Part shown: positions 21,765-32,720 of the stretch, piece after piece
Numbering within the stretch: the first letter of the stretch is position 1
How the letters are laid out: each line of letters begins with the position of its first letter
Assembly (NCBI GenBank): GCA_000004985.1
Contig: GG738877.1
Source of the DNA: Naegleria gruberi
Lineage: Eukaryota
Strand: one strand, 5' to 3'
DNA: 64,000 nucleotides
Notes under the pieces: generated by a model
What the model was told of the DNA's origin: nothing
What the model saw: only the letters and a program-made list of their open reading frames with translations
The model's database searches: none
Made by a program: the position numbers and the translations under genes

Positions 21765-23321
21765 TTGCACAAAACATTTAAAAAACCCTCGAGAAGAATC
21801 ACCAAACCACAACATCAAAAAATGACTCAAGATAATTCCACACAACAACCAACTCAGATTCGTATAGTTTCTCCAACCACGATGACGAGTCCAACCACAC
21901 TCACTTCTCAAACTTCTCAAGACCCATTCTTCGAGTCATCTGGTAGTCCAACCCTTCCAAAGAAGAATTCCATGTCTGGTAAACGATCTGTAGTTTCCAA
22001 GTCCAACCCATCCTCAACAAAAACTCCACTTTCGTCCTCAATCACAAAATTCTACAATCGTGCATGTAAAATTCACACCTGTTGTGGTATTATGGAATTT
22101 AACTGTCTCAAGTTGACAAGCATGTTAGCATTAGCCGTCAGCTTGACTGCCTTTACATTTCTCATAGTTATCATTGCACTTAACTATTCAGTTGTTACTG
22201 ACATTAGTTCGAGAATTGGCGTGCTTCAAACTGATGCAACTTACTATAGAGAAATGATGAAAATGGCAAGTAGAATTGCAGCTGACAGTGAATACAACAG
22301 AACTATTGCTTTAGAATATGTTGATATCTATCAAAATTGTTTTGATAATTATTACAAATCTATTAATTCACTTTATATAGTTGTGCCATCAGAAGTTATT
22401 CCATACATTAGAATGAATATCAGTAGAGAGGAGACCATGTCGAGAAGAGCTGTAAAGTCAGAGCTTGCTGCTCTTGAGCTTGTCAAAACTTTCAATTATT
22501 CTGGCGCAAAGTTTATTCTAGATTCGGATAATTACAATTATTTACTGACAGGTTATTCTAGTGAAGTTCAACCAGTTTTGGACTATGCACAGGCTGTGAG
22601 TGATGGATATGCTAATGCTGACCTTGCTGTCACTACTACTTCTCTAGTTGTCATTGCAGTTTCAATGGCAATTGTCATTCCTATCATGATTGTTTTCGTT
22701 TGTCTTTCAGTGACAAAAGACACCTCAAAGGAAAAGCAATTACGACAAGTAAGAAAATATCTCTTAATAGATACCATCAATGATTCAGTTCTCTGTGAAA
22801 AATTCAAAGAATTTTGTAAACTCGAAAGAAGCGAAGAAAATTTTGCAGTTTTGGAAAAAATTAACGATTACAAAAAATTATGTCAGAGAAGTTTTGATAT
22901 TCAAGTAGTTCTGTATGATAATGATGAGTTGAGTGGTTCAGATATGGTTTCTGATACGACTACCTCCAGTAACGAAACAACAGATTCGAAAAAGAAAAAG
23001 AATAAGAAAGGTTTCACCGAAAAGGATTTATTCGAAATTGAAAAGAAAAAGTTTGAGTTGGCATTCGAAGTGTTTACTGATTATTTAGATGTCAGAGGTG
23101 ATCATTCGATTAATATTAATAAGAATTTGGCAGATAAGGTGAAACAGTTTTTGGATTTCTTTGCAAAGGGAGAAAACGAAAGTTTACCTGAAAGTTTATT
23201 CGATGCTATTGAAACTGATGTTAGTATTCTAATGATGGATACTCATCATAGATTCAAAGCCATGATTGAAATTCAAATTAAAGAAAAGAAGAAGGTACTT
23301 TCGAATAGAAAAAGAAAATAA
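21765..23321 (+). CDS. Two-TM membrane protein with a C-terminal RGS (regulator of G-protein signalling) domain. The start may be the MTQDN Met at ~21822
   Basis: Hydrophobic segments MLALAVSLTAFTFLIVIIAL and LVVIAVSMAIVIPIMIVFVCL. The RGS signature is FKEFCKLERSEENFAVLEKINDYKKL ... KKFELAFEVFTDYL. Confidence 0.6.
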   Translation: MHKTFKKPSRRITKPQHQKMTQDNSTQQPTQIRIVSPTTMTSPTTLTSQTSQDPFFESSGSPTLPKKNSMSGKRSVVSKSNPSSTKTPLSSSITKFYNRACKIHTCCGIMEFNCLKLTSMLALAVSLTAFTFLIVIIALNYSVVTDISSRIGVLQTDATYYREMMKMASRIAADSEYNRTIALEYVDIYQNCFDNYYKSINSLYIVVPSEVIPYIRMNISREETMSRRAVKSELAALELVKTFNYSGAKFILDSDNYNYLLTGYSSEVQPVLDYAQAVSDGYANADLAVTTTSLVVIAVSMAIVIPIMIVFVCLSVTKDTSKEKQLRQVRKYLLIDTINDSVLCEKFKEFCKLERSEENFAVLEKINDYKKLCQRSFDIQVVLYDNDELSGSDMVSDTTTSSNETTDSKKKKNKKGFTEKDLFEIEKKKFELAFEVFTDYLDVRGDHSININKNLADKVKQFLDFFAKGENESLPESLFDAIETDVSILMMDTHHRFKAMIEIQIKEKKKVLSNRKRK

Positions 23322-24146
23322 ATAGTTTCTTCCTCGAGTAAAGTTTAGTATCGTTATCATTTGTAACAGTTATTGGAAATAGTTGTTTGACATAGCTAAT
23401 TTCAACAAGAACTTTCCCAAGAACAACAATTGGAATCCAATCACTATCCAAACCATCAAAAATCCCAAATTTGACATTCAATCTCATTTTCTAACAGGTT
23501 TGTCCTTCACCTTCTTTCCTATATCAAAATCCCAGTGTACTCGATATCCCAACACGAGAACTTTTTATCTTCTGCATGTGGATGAGATTATTGGGAGTGA
23601 AGGCAATTAAGATTTTCGTTTATATTGAGTGAGTGGTATAGAATGGATTGAAAAAGTTTTCATGTTTAATCCTAAATGGTTGGAGGATTGGAATAGGCAA
23701 GGAAATGGATTGATTCTCAAGCACTGAATAGCTTTCGTATTTACCATTTCACATATTGTAAACATTCAAATATTAAACTTCTAACTGTAGTTCATCTTCC
23801 ACAACAAGTAACATTGCATTAAAAGTAAACTGTCCATCACTTTATTTCCGTTATGCATTTCTCTCATCAATCAACCTTCAACACATCAAAAATAAATCAA
23901 AAGCCAAAAAAAAAAAGAAAGACAAAGCAAACCTTGTCTCTCAGCATTCTGCCACATTCGTTTTTACAAAAAGGAAAAACACGTCACTGAAAAACAAAAG
24001 ATTTTTCATTCTGCTACTACTACAGTTCTAAACGTCTATATATAGTTCCTAGTTCAATCCCACATTACAGTTTACCTTATTTAATCTTCAAATTGAAACT
24101 CTAAAATCTCCTTCAATCTGATTAATTAACAACAATTTAAAAAAAA

Positions 24147-26161
24147 ATGACTTCAAAACTCTTAGAAGAAAGATATCGTGAAGCACTCAGAGAATTGTCC
24201 GTCTCCTCCCGAGACAATATGATGTGTGTTGATTGTATGAGCAAGAAGAAGACCTCCTTCATTGTTCTCCAATTTCAAAGTTATATTTGTGAGATGTGTG
24301 CCGATGTACATCGAACATATGGTCATCGTGGAGTAAAACAAATTGGATTATCCAATGTTACTAAAGAAGAGGTTGAAGAGATGAGACAAGGTGGTAATCA
24401 AAAGGTTAAAGCCGCTTGGTATGGTGGAAATTATGATCAAATTGTTCGTCCAAATCCTGAAACATGTGCCTCCGATAAGGAATTTAAAGAAAAGGCTAAA
24501 GAACACATCAAGAAGGTTTATATTCAAAGACTTTATAAGACTGGTGGTGGTTCTACTCCTGGAAATGTTGGTAATTCCAATACAACCACTACTACTAATA
24601 CAAATCAACAATCTTCGACTCCTATCGGATCAAATAATAATAATCAACAAATGCCATACAATAACGTTCAATACAATAATGGAGGCATTGATACTAGAAC
24701 AAGAGGTGCTAGTTTGAATACTACACAATATGCTAATTTGAAGACAACCAATTCAGCTTCAATTATTCAATCATCAAATATTAGTGGTTGGTTGGTAATG
24801 GTAATGGTGGTGGTAACAAGAATAATGATTTGATTTCATTTGGTGGAAGTGATTCTCAACCTGTACAATCTGTGATGAGTAGTTTTAATCAACCACCAAA
24901 GCAACAACCACAACAACAACAACCAATGATGAATCAACAACCACCACAACAACAATATGGTCAACCACAAATGATGAATCAACCACAATATGGTAATAAC
25001 AATAATTATCCACCAAATAATAATTATAATAATAATTACAATAATAACTTTAATCAAGGAATGTCATATGGAAACAATCAAATGATGAATAATAATGGTG
25101 GTTATGGTGGTTATAACAATAATAACATGATGAATCAACAACAACCAATGATGAACAATGGTTATAACAATAATTATGGATACAACAATAATGGCATGAT
25201 GAATCAACAACAACCAATGATGAACAACAATAATGGTATGATGAATCAAAATTATGGTTATGGTCAACAACCACAACAATATAACAACATGAACAATAAC
25301 TATAATAACAATATGGGTTATGGTCAACCACAAGGAATGCAATACGGAAACAACAATCAACAACCAATGATGAATAACAGTAGACCACAAATTTCCTCTC
25401 CACCACAAACTCCACCTGTTAATAATAATAATAACAACAACTATGGAATGACACCAACCAATGTAAATATTAGTCCAAGACAACCATCCCAACCATCCAT
25501 GCCTATCAATCCTATGGGATACAATAATCAATATGGTACTCCAATGACTCCAAGTCAACCACCTCAATCTACTATTACTCCTGTCAATCCATACGTTGGC
25601 ACTTCACCAAGAAGTAATAACATTCCAACTCCACCTCCAACCAATCTTAATGTTGTTTCTCCATCAAGAAGTGCAAGCATGCCTCCAAAGTCAACTCCTC
25701 CATCATTTGGTTCAACAAGTACCATTAATCAACCTCCTACTTCTGTTCCACCAAGACAACCATCCCAACCAGTTAGAACTCCATCAATGGCTTCATCAAC
25801 AATATCAGTTCCAAGAAAAGAGGGTAATAATGATAGTTTGTCAAACCAATTCAACAACATGTCTCTTTCATCATCAACCAAGCCAGTCACCACTTCAACA
25901 GTTCCAAAGAGTACTCCACCATCTACTGCTACCACTTCCACTTCCACAACAGGTCAAAAGCCACCTGTAGGAGTTACTAGTGGTGCTGGTCTTCTTGTTG
26001 GTTCAACTAAAAAGATTGATTCTTCAGAATTTGAAAAGGCAACCACAACTGGTGTACATATGGACGATCTTCGTGGTAATGCCAGTAAGGACAATACTAA
26101 ATTCAAGGAAATCAATCCAAACAGAGTCATTCCATTGAAGCAAACTACTGAATGGCAATAA
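24147..26161 (+). CDS. ArfGAP-domain protein of the AGFG/HRB type with a very long N/Q/M/P-rich (prion-like, FG-nucleoporin-like) tail. It is encoded by two overlapping ORFs (24147..24833 and 24788..26161) offset by -1
   Basis: The ArfGAP zinc finger is CVDCMSKKKTSFIVLQFQSYICEMCADVHRTYGHRGVKQIGLSNVTKEEVEEMRQGGNQKVKAAW. The second ORF continues the N/Q-rich composition. No GT..AG intron fits the junction. Confidence 0.6.
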
Positions 26162-26206
26162 TTGAGATGTGTAAATAATTAAACCACCCAACAATTGTTT
26201 TATTTA

Positions 26207-28171
26207 TTAATCCAAATCAGTAATATATGTTTGTTTAGGAATCACACAAATGCCATTCTTTTCCAACAATACTTCCTCATCTTGCTTGTAATACTCAACA
26301 AACATTTCCACAATATTCTGAGCTCGCAAAGTATTGAAGGTATCACTAGTGATGTGAACTTGATTTGGTTTTCCAGTTGCCTCAATCAATTGAGTAGTGG
26401 CCACTTCAGGACCAAACAAATCATAAGTTCTCTTTGTCTTTCCAACCACTGCTGCAAAAACTTGATTATTATTTGATGTGTGAATTCCAATTCTGACCTG
26501 AATGCTTCCACACTCAATGTCCTTCTTCTTTTCCATCACTGATTTCAATTCCTTGATCATTAATATACCTGCCTTAACACAGTGATCAGCATGTGTCAAA
26601 CCATTCGAACTGTCAATGATGGTTGGCACTTGAGGTCCCCTCTTCTTTTCCTTATATAATCCACTACCAACAAAGTAACAATCTCCAATGGTTTTAATCT
26701 TTTCCAATCCTTCAACTTGTTTTCCATAGACAATATCATCGAATGCAGAGAAGATTTCATGCAAGAGTTTCACAATTTCTGATGGAGGTTTTCCATTAGA
26801 AAGTGCAGTAAATCCAACGATATCACAATACATGAGTGAACATGTTGGAATGGTATCGAATACAGTTTGACCCATTGTTAAACGTTGTACAACATTTTTT
26901 GGAAAGATCTTTTCAGTAATCTTGTTCATTTGTTCTTCTTTTGTGACCATTTGTTTGGCATCACGAATGAAAGCAACAAAGGACGAAACTGAGGTTAATG
27001 GATCGATTATTTCAGAAACTCTGAGCTCAATTCGAACAGATTTACCACTCTTATTGACTGCTTTGAGTGCACGTACTTGATCTACGACTCGTTTCAGATA
27101 GCCATCATGAAGATTTCTAATTTTGGAAGGTACCAACATTTTGATATTCTTACCAACAATTTCTTTTCTCTGATATTGAAATGTTGTGGTAGATGCCTTA
27201 TTGAATATCAAAACAGTTCCCTTATCATTAATTCCAATAATTGGAACAACCGAAAGGTCAGTAATTGTTTCGGCAAATTGAATCGAAGCAAGTTTTTGAG
27301 CATCTTCTTGGGATTGCTTCATTGGTTGCATATACATGGCAAAGTGAATTTGATTTAGCTTATTAAGGACTACCAAATTCGTCTTCATTTGAAAAATTCG
27401 TTTTTCTGTCACTGATTTTCCTGTCAATTGTCGAGATTTCTTTAATTCATCACGTCTCTTTTGTTTTTCTTCCGGAGTGATCAGAGAAATTGGTAGAATC
27501 ACATTCGCCACATTATTCAGTGCTTGAATTTGTGGATTATTTTCAAAAGTTTCTTCATCCATTCCAATATAATTTTCAATTAAACTTCGAACATCCATTG
27601 TCGATTCTGCTGACAGCACCTCACTCAAATATTCACCCATAATTGAGAAGGTAAATAATCCAAATAAATCTTCAGCTTCTCTATTTAAATATTCGATTGT
27701 CAAATTCGAATCGAATATTAATATTGGAAATCCACATGTATAAAGTTGATTCACTAGCACATTCAATTCCAAATAATCTTCTACTCTTGTACTTGGATAC
27801 AAATCTTCAAAATCCTGACCTTCCATCCCAGAAGAAGCTGACGAAGTTGACTGAGTGAAAGATGACATTGAGCTACGCATTGATTGTTCACTTGCTAAAG
27901 ATTCTTTAGTTCTGGATCTTTGAAGATTTCCAACAAATCGTGAACTAATACCTCTATTTAATTGATTTCTGGATTTTCTATGTAAATTTGACATTGAGGA
28001 ACGATTAGAATCACTGATTACTGACATGTTGTCATCACTTGATTTCTTTTCGTATGACATTCGAAGTTGAGCAAGTGGAGGATTAGGAGTTAGAAGAGTG
28101 GGGGATGATAGTTTGCTGGCATCTTCCTCTGGTTCTGGTAGATCTTTATGTTTGAGAAAACGTTTAATCAT
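26207..28171 (-). CDS. Class III nucleotidyl (adenylate/guanylate) cyclase with a PAS-like domain
   Basis: The cyclase catalytic core has both metal-binding Asp residues: YCDIVGFTALS, KTIGDCYFVGSGL, RIGIHTSNNNQVFAAVVG, YDLFGPEV. An upstream PAS-like segment is VPIIGINDKGTVLIFNKASTTTFQYQRKEIVGKNIKMLVPSKIRNLHDGYLKRV. Confidence 0.8.
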   Translation of the reverse strand: MIKRFLKHKDLPEPEEDASKLSSPTLLTPNPPLAQLRMSYEKKSSDDNMSVISDSNRSSMSNLHRKSRNQLNRGISSRFVGNLQRSRTKESLASEQSMRSSMSSFTQSTSSASSGMEGQDFEDLYPSTRVEDYLELNVLVNQLYTCGFPILIFDSNLTIEYLNREAEDLFGLFTFSIMGEYLSEVLSAESTMDVRSLIENYIGMDEETFENNPQIQALNNVANVILPISLITPEEKQKRRDELKKSRQLTGKSVTEKRIFQMKTNLVVLNKLNQIHFAMYMQPMKQSQEDAQKLASIQFAETITDLSVVPIIGINDKGTVLIFNKASTTTFQYQRKEIVGKNIKMLVPSKIRNLHDGYLKRVVDQVRALKAVNKSGKSVRIELRVSEIIDPLTSVSSFVAFIRDAKQMVTKEEQMNKITEKIFPKNVVQRLTMGQTVFDTIPTCSLMYCDIVGFTALSNGKPPSEIVKLLHEIFSAFDDIVYGKQVEGLEKIKTIGDCYFVGSGLYKEKKRGPQVPTIIDSSNGLTHADHCVKAGILMIKELKSVMEKKKDIECGSIQVRIGIHTSNNNQVFAAVVGKTKRTYDLFGPEVATTQLIEATGKPNQVHITSDTFNTLRAQNIVEMFVEYYKQDEEVLLEKNGICVIPKQTYITDLD

Positions 28172-28889
28172 TTTGCTGTCAAAAGTCTAAATTGTTTGAT
28201 GGTTTTTTATTTAATTATTAAAACAGAATCAAAACGATCTACCGATTAAGCAGAGAGGTACCCTCTTCAGAATAAAATTCTACTGTAATGTACATTTTGA
28301 CATTCGGTGATGTACTTTTGACAGGAATTAACTTTGAGAAACTGAGATAAAAACAGGACTAGATAGAATCTTTATCAAATCTGCTTTTGAAGAGATAATC
28401 AAGTCAAATCTTTGGATATTGGTATTTATTATGATTTTTGGTTCTCAGAATAGAAAGTTAAGTTTCTAAAAGTTTCGAATAAATCTCCCTAATTTTTTTC
28501 AAAGAGTTTAATTTCAATACCAAGATCTTAAAAACCACTTCTTTGGTCTAATTCAACATGGTCGTAGGTGCATCTTGTCTCTTATTTCAACAACATTATA
28601 AATTACCGAAAATAGTAAATATGCAATCATCTCTAACTGGATCAAGTAAAAAACCCTTTTAGTAATCGAACATTTCAAACCTATTACAATGTTTCGATTC
28701 CTGTCAAAAGTATTCAATTAACATCAAAATAATCCTCAAGCAACAAACTTCCTTATAAACACATTAATTGACAAATATGCAAAAAGAAAAGATAATAAGG
28801 AAGTTTTTCCTTAATAACCGTTTTTGAACTTAGCGAACTGAAAAAAAACGAACCGCCAAAATAATTTACGGTAATTTTTAAAATAAAAA

Positions 28890-31275
28890 ATGTTAGAACA
28901 TTCCACCATCACGGCCTTGTCAGTGCTTTCAGGTATTTTGAGTGAGGAGGGTTCTGCTGATGATGGAACGCTTAAAAAGCAGAGGGTTGATGTTTTGTTT
29001 TTTGGTCACTTGGATGGAATTATTACTGCTATTTTTCATAATAATACAGTGATGAATGAGGCTTATTTGTATGAGGAGAGGAGTTATGATGTTTGGTGTG
29101 GAAGGATGCATTCGGAGGAGATTTGTGGAATTGTTGGAGTGCCTGGAGAGAATACGTTTGTTTCGTGGAGTAAGCATGAGATTAAAAGTGGACTATTCAA
29201 TGATTCAAGGGAAGGTGAAGTTTGTTTAAAGTTGGACATGTCGCACCATGTAAAGGGATTTTCAATAGCAACAGTTCTGGTTGTTGAGAGGAATATTCAT
29301 ATATTTACAAAGAATGGAAGAGTGTTGGAGATTGGTTTGGACACAGGGGATTTAGTGAAACAGTACGAATTGGTAGTGAATACTGCCTTATGTGTGGAGC
29401 AAGTATTGATCATGGGAGGAAGTATTGATGAGTATTACATTCTTTGGGAAGGAAATAGAATTTCCAAGCACAATAACCATGGAGGAGGGAAATTCTCTCA
29501 GGTAAAATTTGAGGGAGGAGGCAAAATTTCAGAAATAGATATTAGTTCGGATCAACAGACAATGATTGCTACTGTCTGTAAGGGAGATGAACGTAAAGTT
29601 TGTGTGTTTGATATTTCCAAATTGATTTCATCAAACATTATTGACAATATCAAAATGTATTCCACTGTCAATACTAAAACTGATACAGGAGTTGAAGTGA
29701 ATGGTACGTTGTTTCTTAAAACTTGCCTTTATCATTTCAACATTCTCAGACATTGTAGGAATACATTGTTGTGAAAATCAAAATTACTGTTTTGCTTACT
29801 CGAGTGGCATTTCATGGTTCTCTACTCATCAAAACAGTTACTCCAAACTCTTATTATTAGTAATGAAGAGAGTTTTCAAAATTAATGATCAAAAATTATT
29901 AAGGATGAAGTGGAGTACGGACGGAACTTGTTGCTTTATTGTTGGAGATCATGGCTCTATTATTGCCTTCTACACAGATCCGCATCAGCCAGAATTCACT
30001 CTTGCTTCTGCTGATTGCATTCAGTTCCCAATACACAAAAAGTTCCAAGAACAAAAATTGCAATTATCGGCCTTTTGTGATTCTGAAGAATTTTCAGATA
30101 TTGATATCATTACACAGAACTATGCAGATAACAACTCAGAACTAAATGTGAAAGACAGTCTCCTAACTACATCTAGTTTTGATATCTTTCAATTAGGCAA
30201 GAATGACAAATCAGTTGCCAGGTATATCTTTGGCCACGAAGATGGAACATTTTCTTTATTCTCAAAGGAAACTCCTAGTGGCCCTTGTAAACCATTGTGT
30301 ACATTCCAACCAATACACAGCTCTAAGATACAAGGATTTTTGAAAGTTTCAGAAAATAGATACCTTTCATGGACAAAAAAGGAGATTTTCATCTCTGACC
30401 AATTGTTCAAAGTGGTAAAGGATTTGTCCATTCACATTAAGGGTGAGACAGTTGTTGCCTTAGAATTTTATGGAACGAATGTTTACATTGTAACCCACAT
30501 GTCAAAATTGAAAATTGTAGAATTGAGATCAGATTTCAAATTTGTCAAGTGTAAGGAGATTTCTCTGGTCACAGAGGGGCTATCAGGATTAACTGTGAAA
30601 ACATGCCAAATTTTAGTGAACTCAACCAAAATAGAATTGTTGATTTTGTGGAATAGTGAAAAGGATTACTCTTTCAGAACTTTCCAAAACACACCAAACA
30701 GAATTCAAAACCTCGATGCTCCAATTAATGTGAGTCTTTCAAACAAAATTACCGAGCTTGGAAAATTGGACAAGTTCCTCTATGTAAAATATTCAGGAGA
30801 AATTGATTATACATTTTTATCAATTTCTTCCATTCCTGATTCGTTGGTGAAAGGGCCAGAATTTCCAAAGGTACCAGACGCTTCCTATCAGTATACACTC
30901 TATCATCATGTACAATCTGGAAAGAACTATGGATTGACCAGTGATAAGTTCTACTCTCTATTTGATGCTATTCGTCTTGAGATTACCATTCACGATGTGA
31001 GGCGAACCTTTAAAGGATTTAATGAAAGATTTGTATCCCTTAGGTGGTGCCAGAATGTTGAAAGTCCAGCAGTGTACATTCTATGTAGTGGTGGAACAGT
31101 TCTTGTTTTTGATCTATCAAAAGATGAACTGCATGCTCCAAACTTACAGCACTGCAAACCTCTCAGAATCAGATGTGATGAAATCACTAAGAAAATACCT
31201 CTTAACAAATCAATACGAGTTCCAAAAACTAATTCTGTACCAAGAATCAACTTGTCCTCACCAATTAAAAAGTAA
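28890..31275 (+). CDS. Large uncharacterised protein (~790 aa, probably beta-propeller-rich). Exons 28890..29703 and 29750..31275
   Basis: Two long ORFs are joined in frame by a 46-nt intron (gtacgtt..tctcag). I recognised no diagnostic motif. Confidence 0.5.
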
Positions 31276-31352
31276 TTAGAAATATTTATTGTAAACATAA
31301 TGGATGATGAACTTGTGAACACAAGAAGAACTGTTCCAATAAACCAAAAAAA

Positions 31353-32682
31353 ATGTCTCAACAACCATCCTCTTCCACAACCTCCAACAAAAAACCAGAA
31401 ATTCCTCTCGTCTCCCAAGTCATTGAAATTGGAGATGTTGATCAAGATATTACTCCCCTCTCTTCCATGATCATCTCTGATCAGTTATTTGGTGATGATG
31501 AAAACATTGATTCCGAAACGAGTGATGATCATCAGCCTACAACAAAGCCCTCAATATTTGCCTTTACAAATGTTCCTGAATATGAAATTGATTTGGATAA
31601 ACCAGCATCGGAGAGATGGAAGGCTATTATTGAAGATTATAAAGATAAATTTCCTGCATTGATTGCCTTTTTGGAGGAGGAAATGGATGGAGTGCTGGGA
31701 GGTGGATGGAAAGCTACGTTTGCCAAAACTTTTCTGAATATGTTGTTTAATGTTTTTACAAATTCTGGAGCTGTTTATTATTCACAAGAATTGAAAGCTG
31801 TGGCTGAACAGGCTAATTTGCCACTTGGATTATTTGCTTTTATGCAATTGAGTTATGAATTGTTTGCTTGTTGTACTAGTATTGTAAAGGAGAATAGTGA
31901 TGGATTTCCGTAAGTATTAGTTTTTTTTACAAGGTGAAATTAACAATATCAGAATTCATGTGAGAACTATGGATTGGTCAATGGATTTTCTCAAATCTTA
32001 TACAGTTCAATTGAATTTCAAAAAGAATGGAACTACTCTTTTCAAGGCATCAAGTTGGGCTGGATATTTGGGAGTTTTGACAGGATGTAGACCTGGAGCA
32101 TTTTCAGTCTCTATTAATTTTAGAAGTACTGATGATGGACATTTTGGAAAGAATATTCTCAAGAGTATTACCAGAGGATGGCCAATTTCATTCTTAGTTA
32201 GAGAAACACTGACAGATTGTGCAACATTTTCACATGCTGTACAAATTTTGAAGAATAGCAAATTGATTGCTCCAGTTTATATTACTATAGCTGGTGCTAA
32301 TAAGGGAGAAGGTGCTATCATTACTAGAAATAGAGAAACATTCAGCTCTGATGCCTACCTCCTCAAATTGAGTGATTTGGATCAAGATAATGAAACTTCC
32401 AAAATGTACTATTTAAAGGAATCAAAAGCATTGATACAGACCAATGCAGAATGGTGGAAGAGTTTGGAGGAAATTAAGAAAAATTGTAACATATTGTTCA
32501 GTAGTCAGAGATTGAAAAAGGCCAATAGTTTACTGAAACGAATGCCAAAAGATCAGACAACCATTGAAAAGATGACTGGACTTTTCACGCCACAGAATCA
32601 TCCATTATTGAATGAGACTACTATTTATATTTGTGCTATGAATCCCTCTAATGGTGATTATGCCACCATTCTTGTAAATTAA
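31353..32682 (+). CDS. Acid ceramidase / N-acylethanolamine acid amidase family (Ntn hydrolase). Exons 31353..31909 and 31953..32682
   Basis: Strong similarity to ASAH1 around the autoproteolytic site: LSYELFACCTSIVKENSDGFP | IHVRTMDWSMDF, then YTVQLNFKKNGTTLFKASSWAGYLGVLTGCRPGAFSVSINFR. The intron gtaagtattag..atatcag sits at phase 2. Confidence 0.8.
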
Positions 32683-32720
32683 TAACAGCATGCAATACGT
32701 ATTGTATGATTATAATCTGA

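Noticed and set aside
24785-24833. A short GT..AG intron to join the two ArfGAP ORFs
   Set aside because: The only candidate (gttggttggtaatggtaatggtggtggtaacaag, 34 nt) is shorter than every other intron in the window (46 nt or more). It also lacks a GTAAGT-like donor, so a 1-nt indel is more likely.
25050-25567. Minus-strand ORFs (121 and 167 aa) rich in Cys/Tyr/His/Val inside the ArfGAP tail
   Set aside because: They lie antisense to a codon-repetitive N/Q-rich coding region. Such ORFs arise by chance from the repeat structure.
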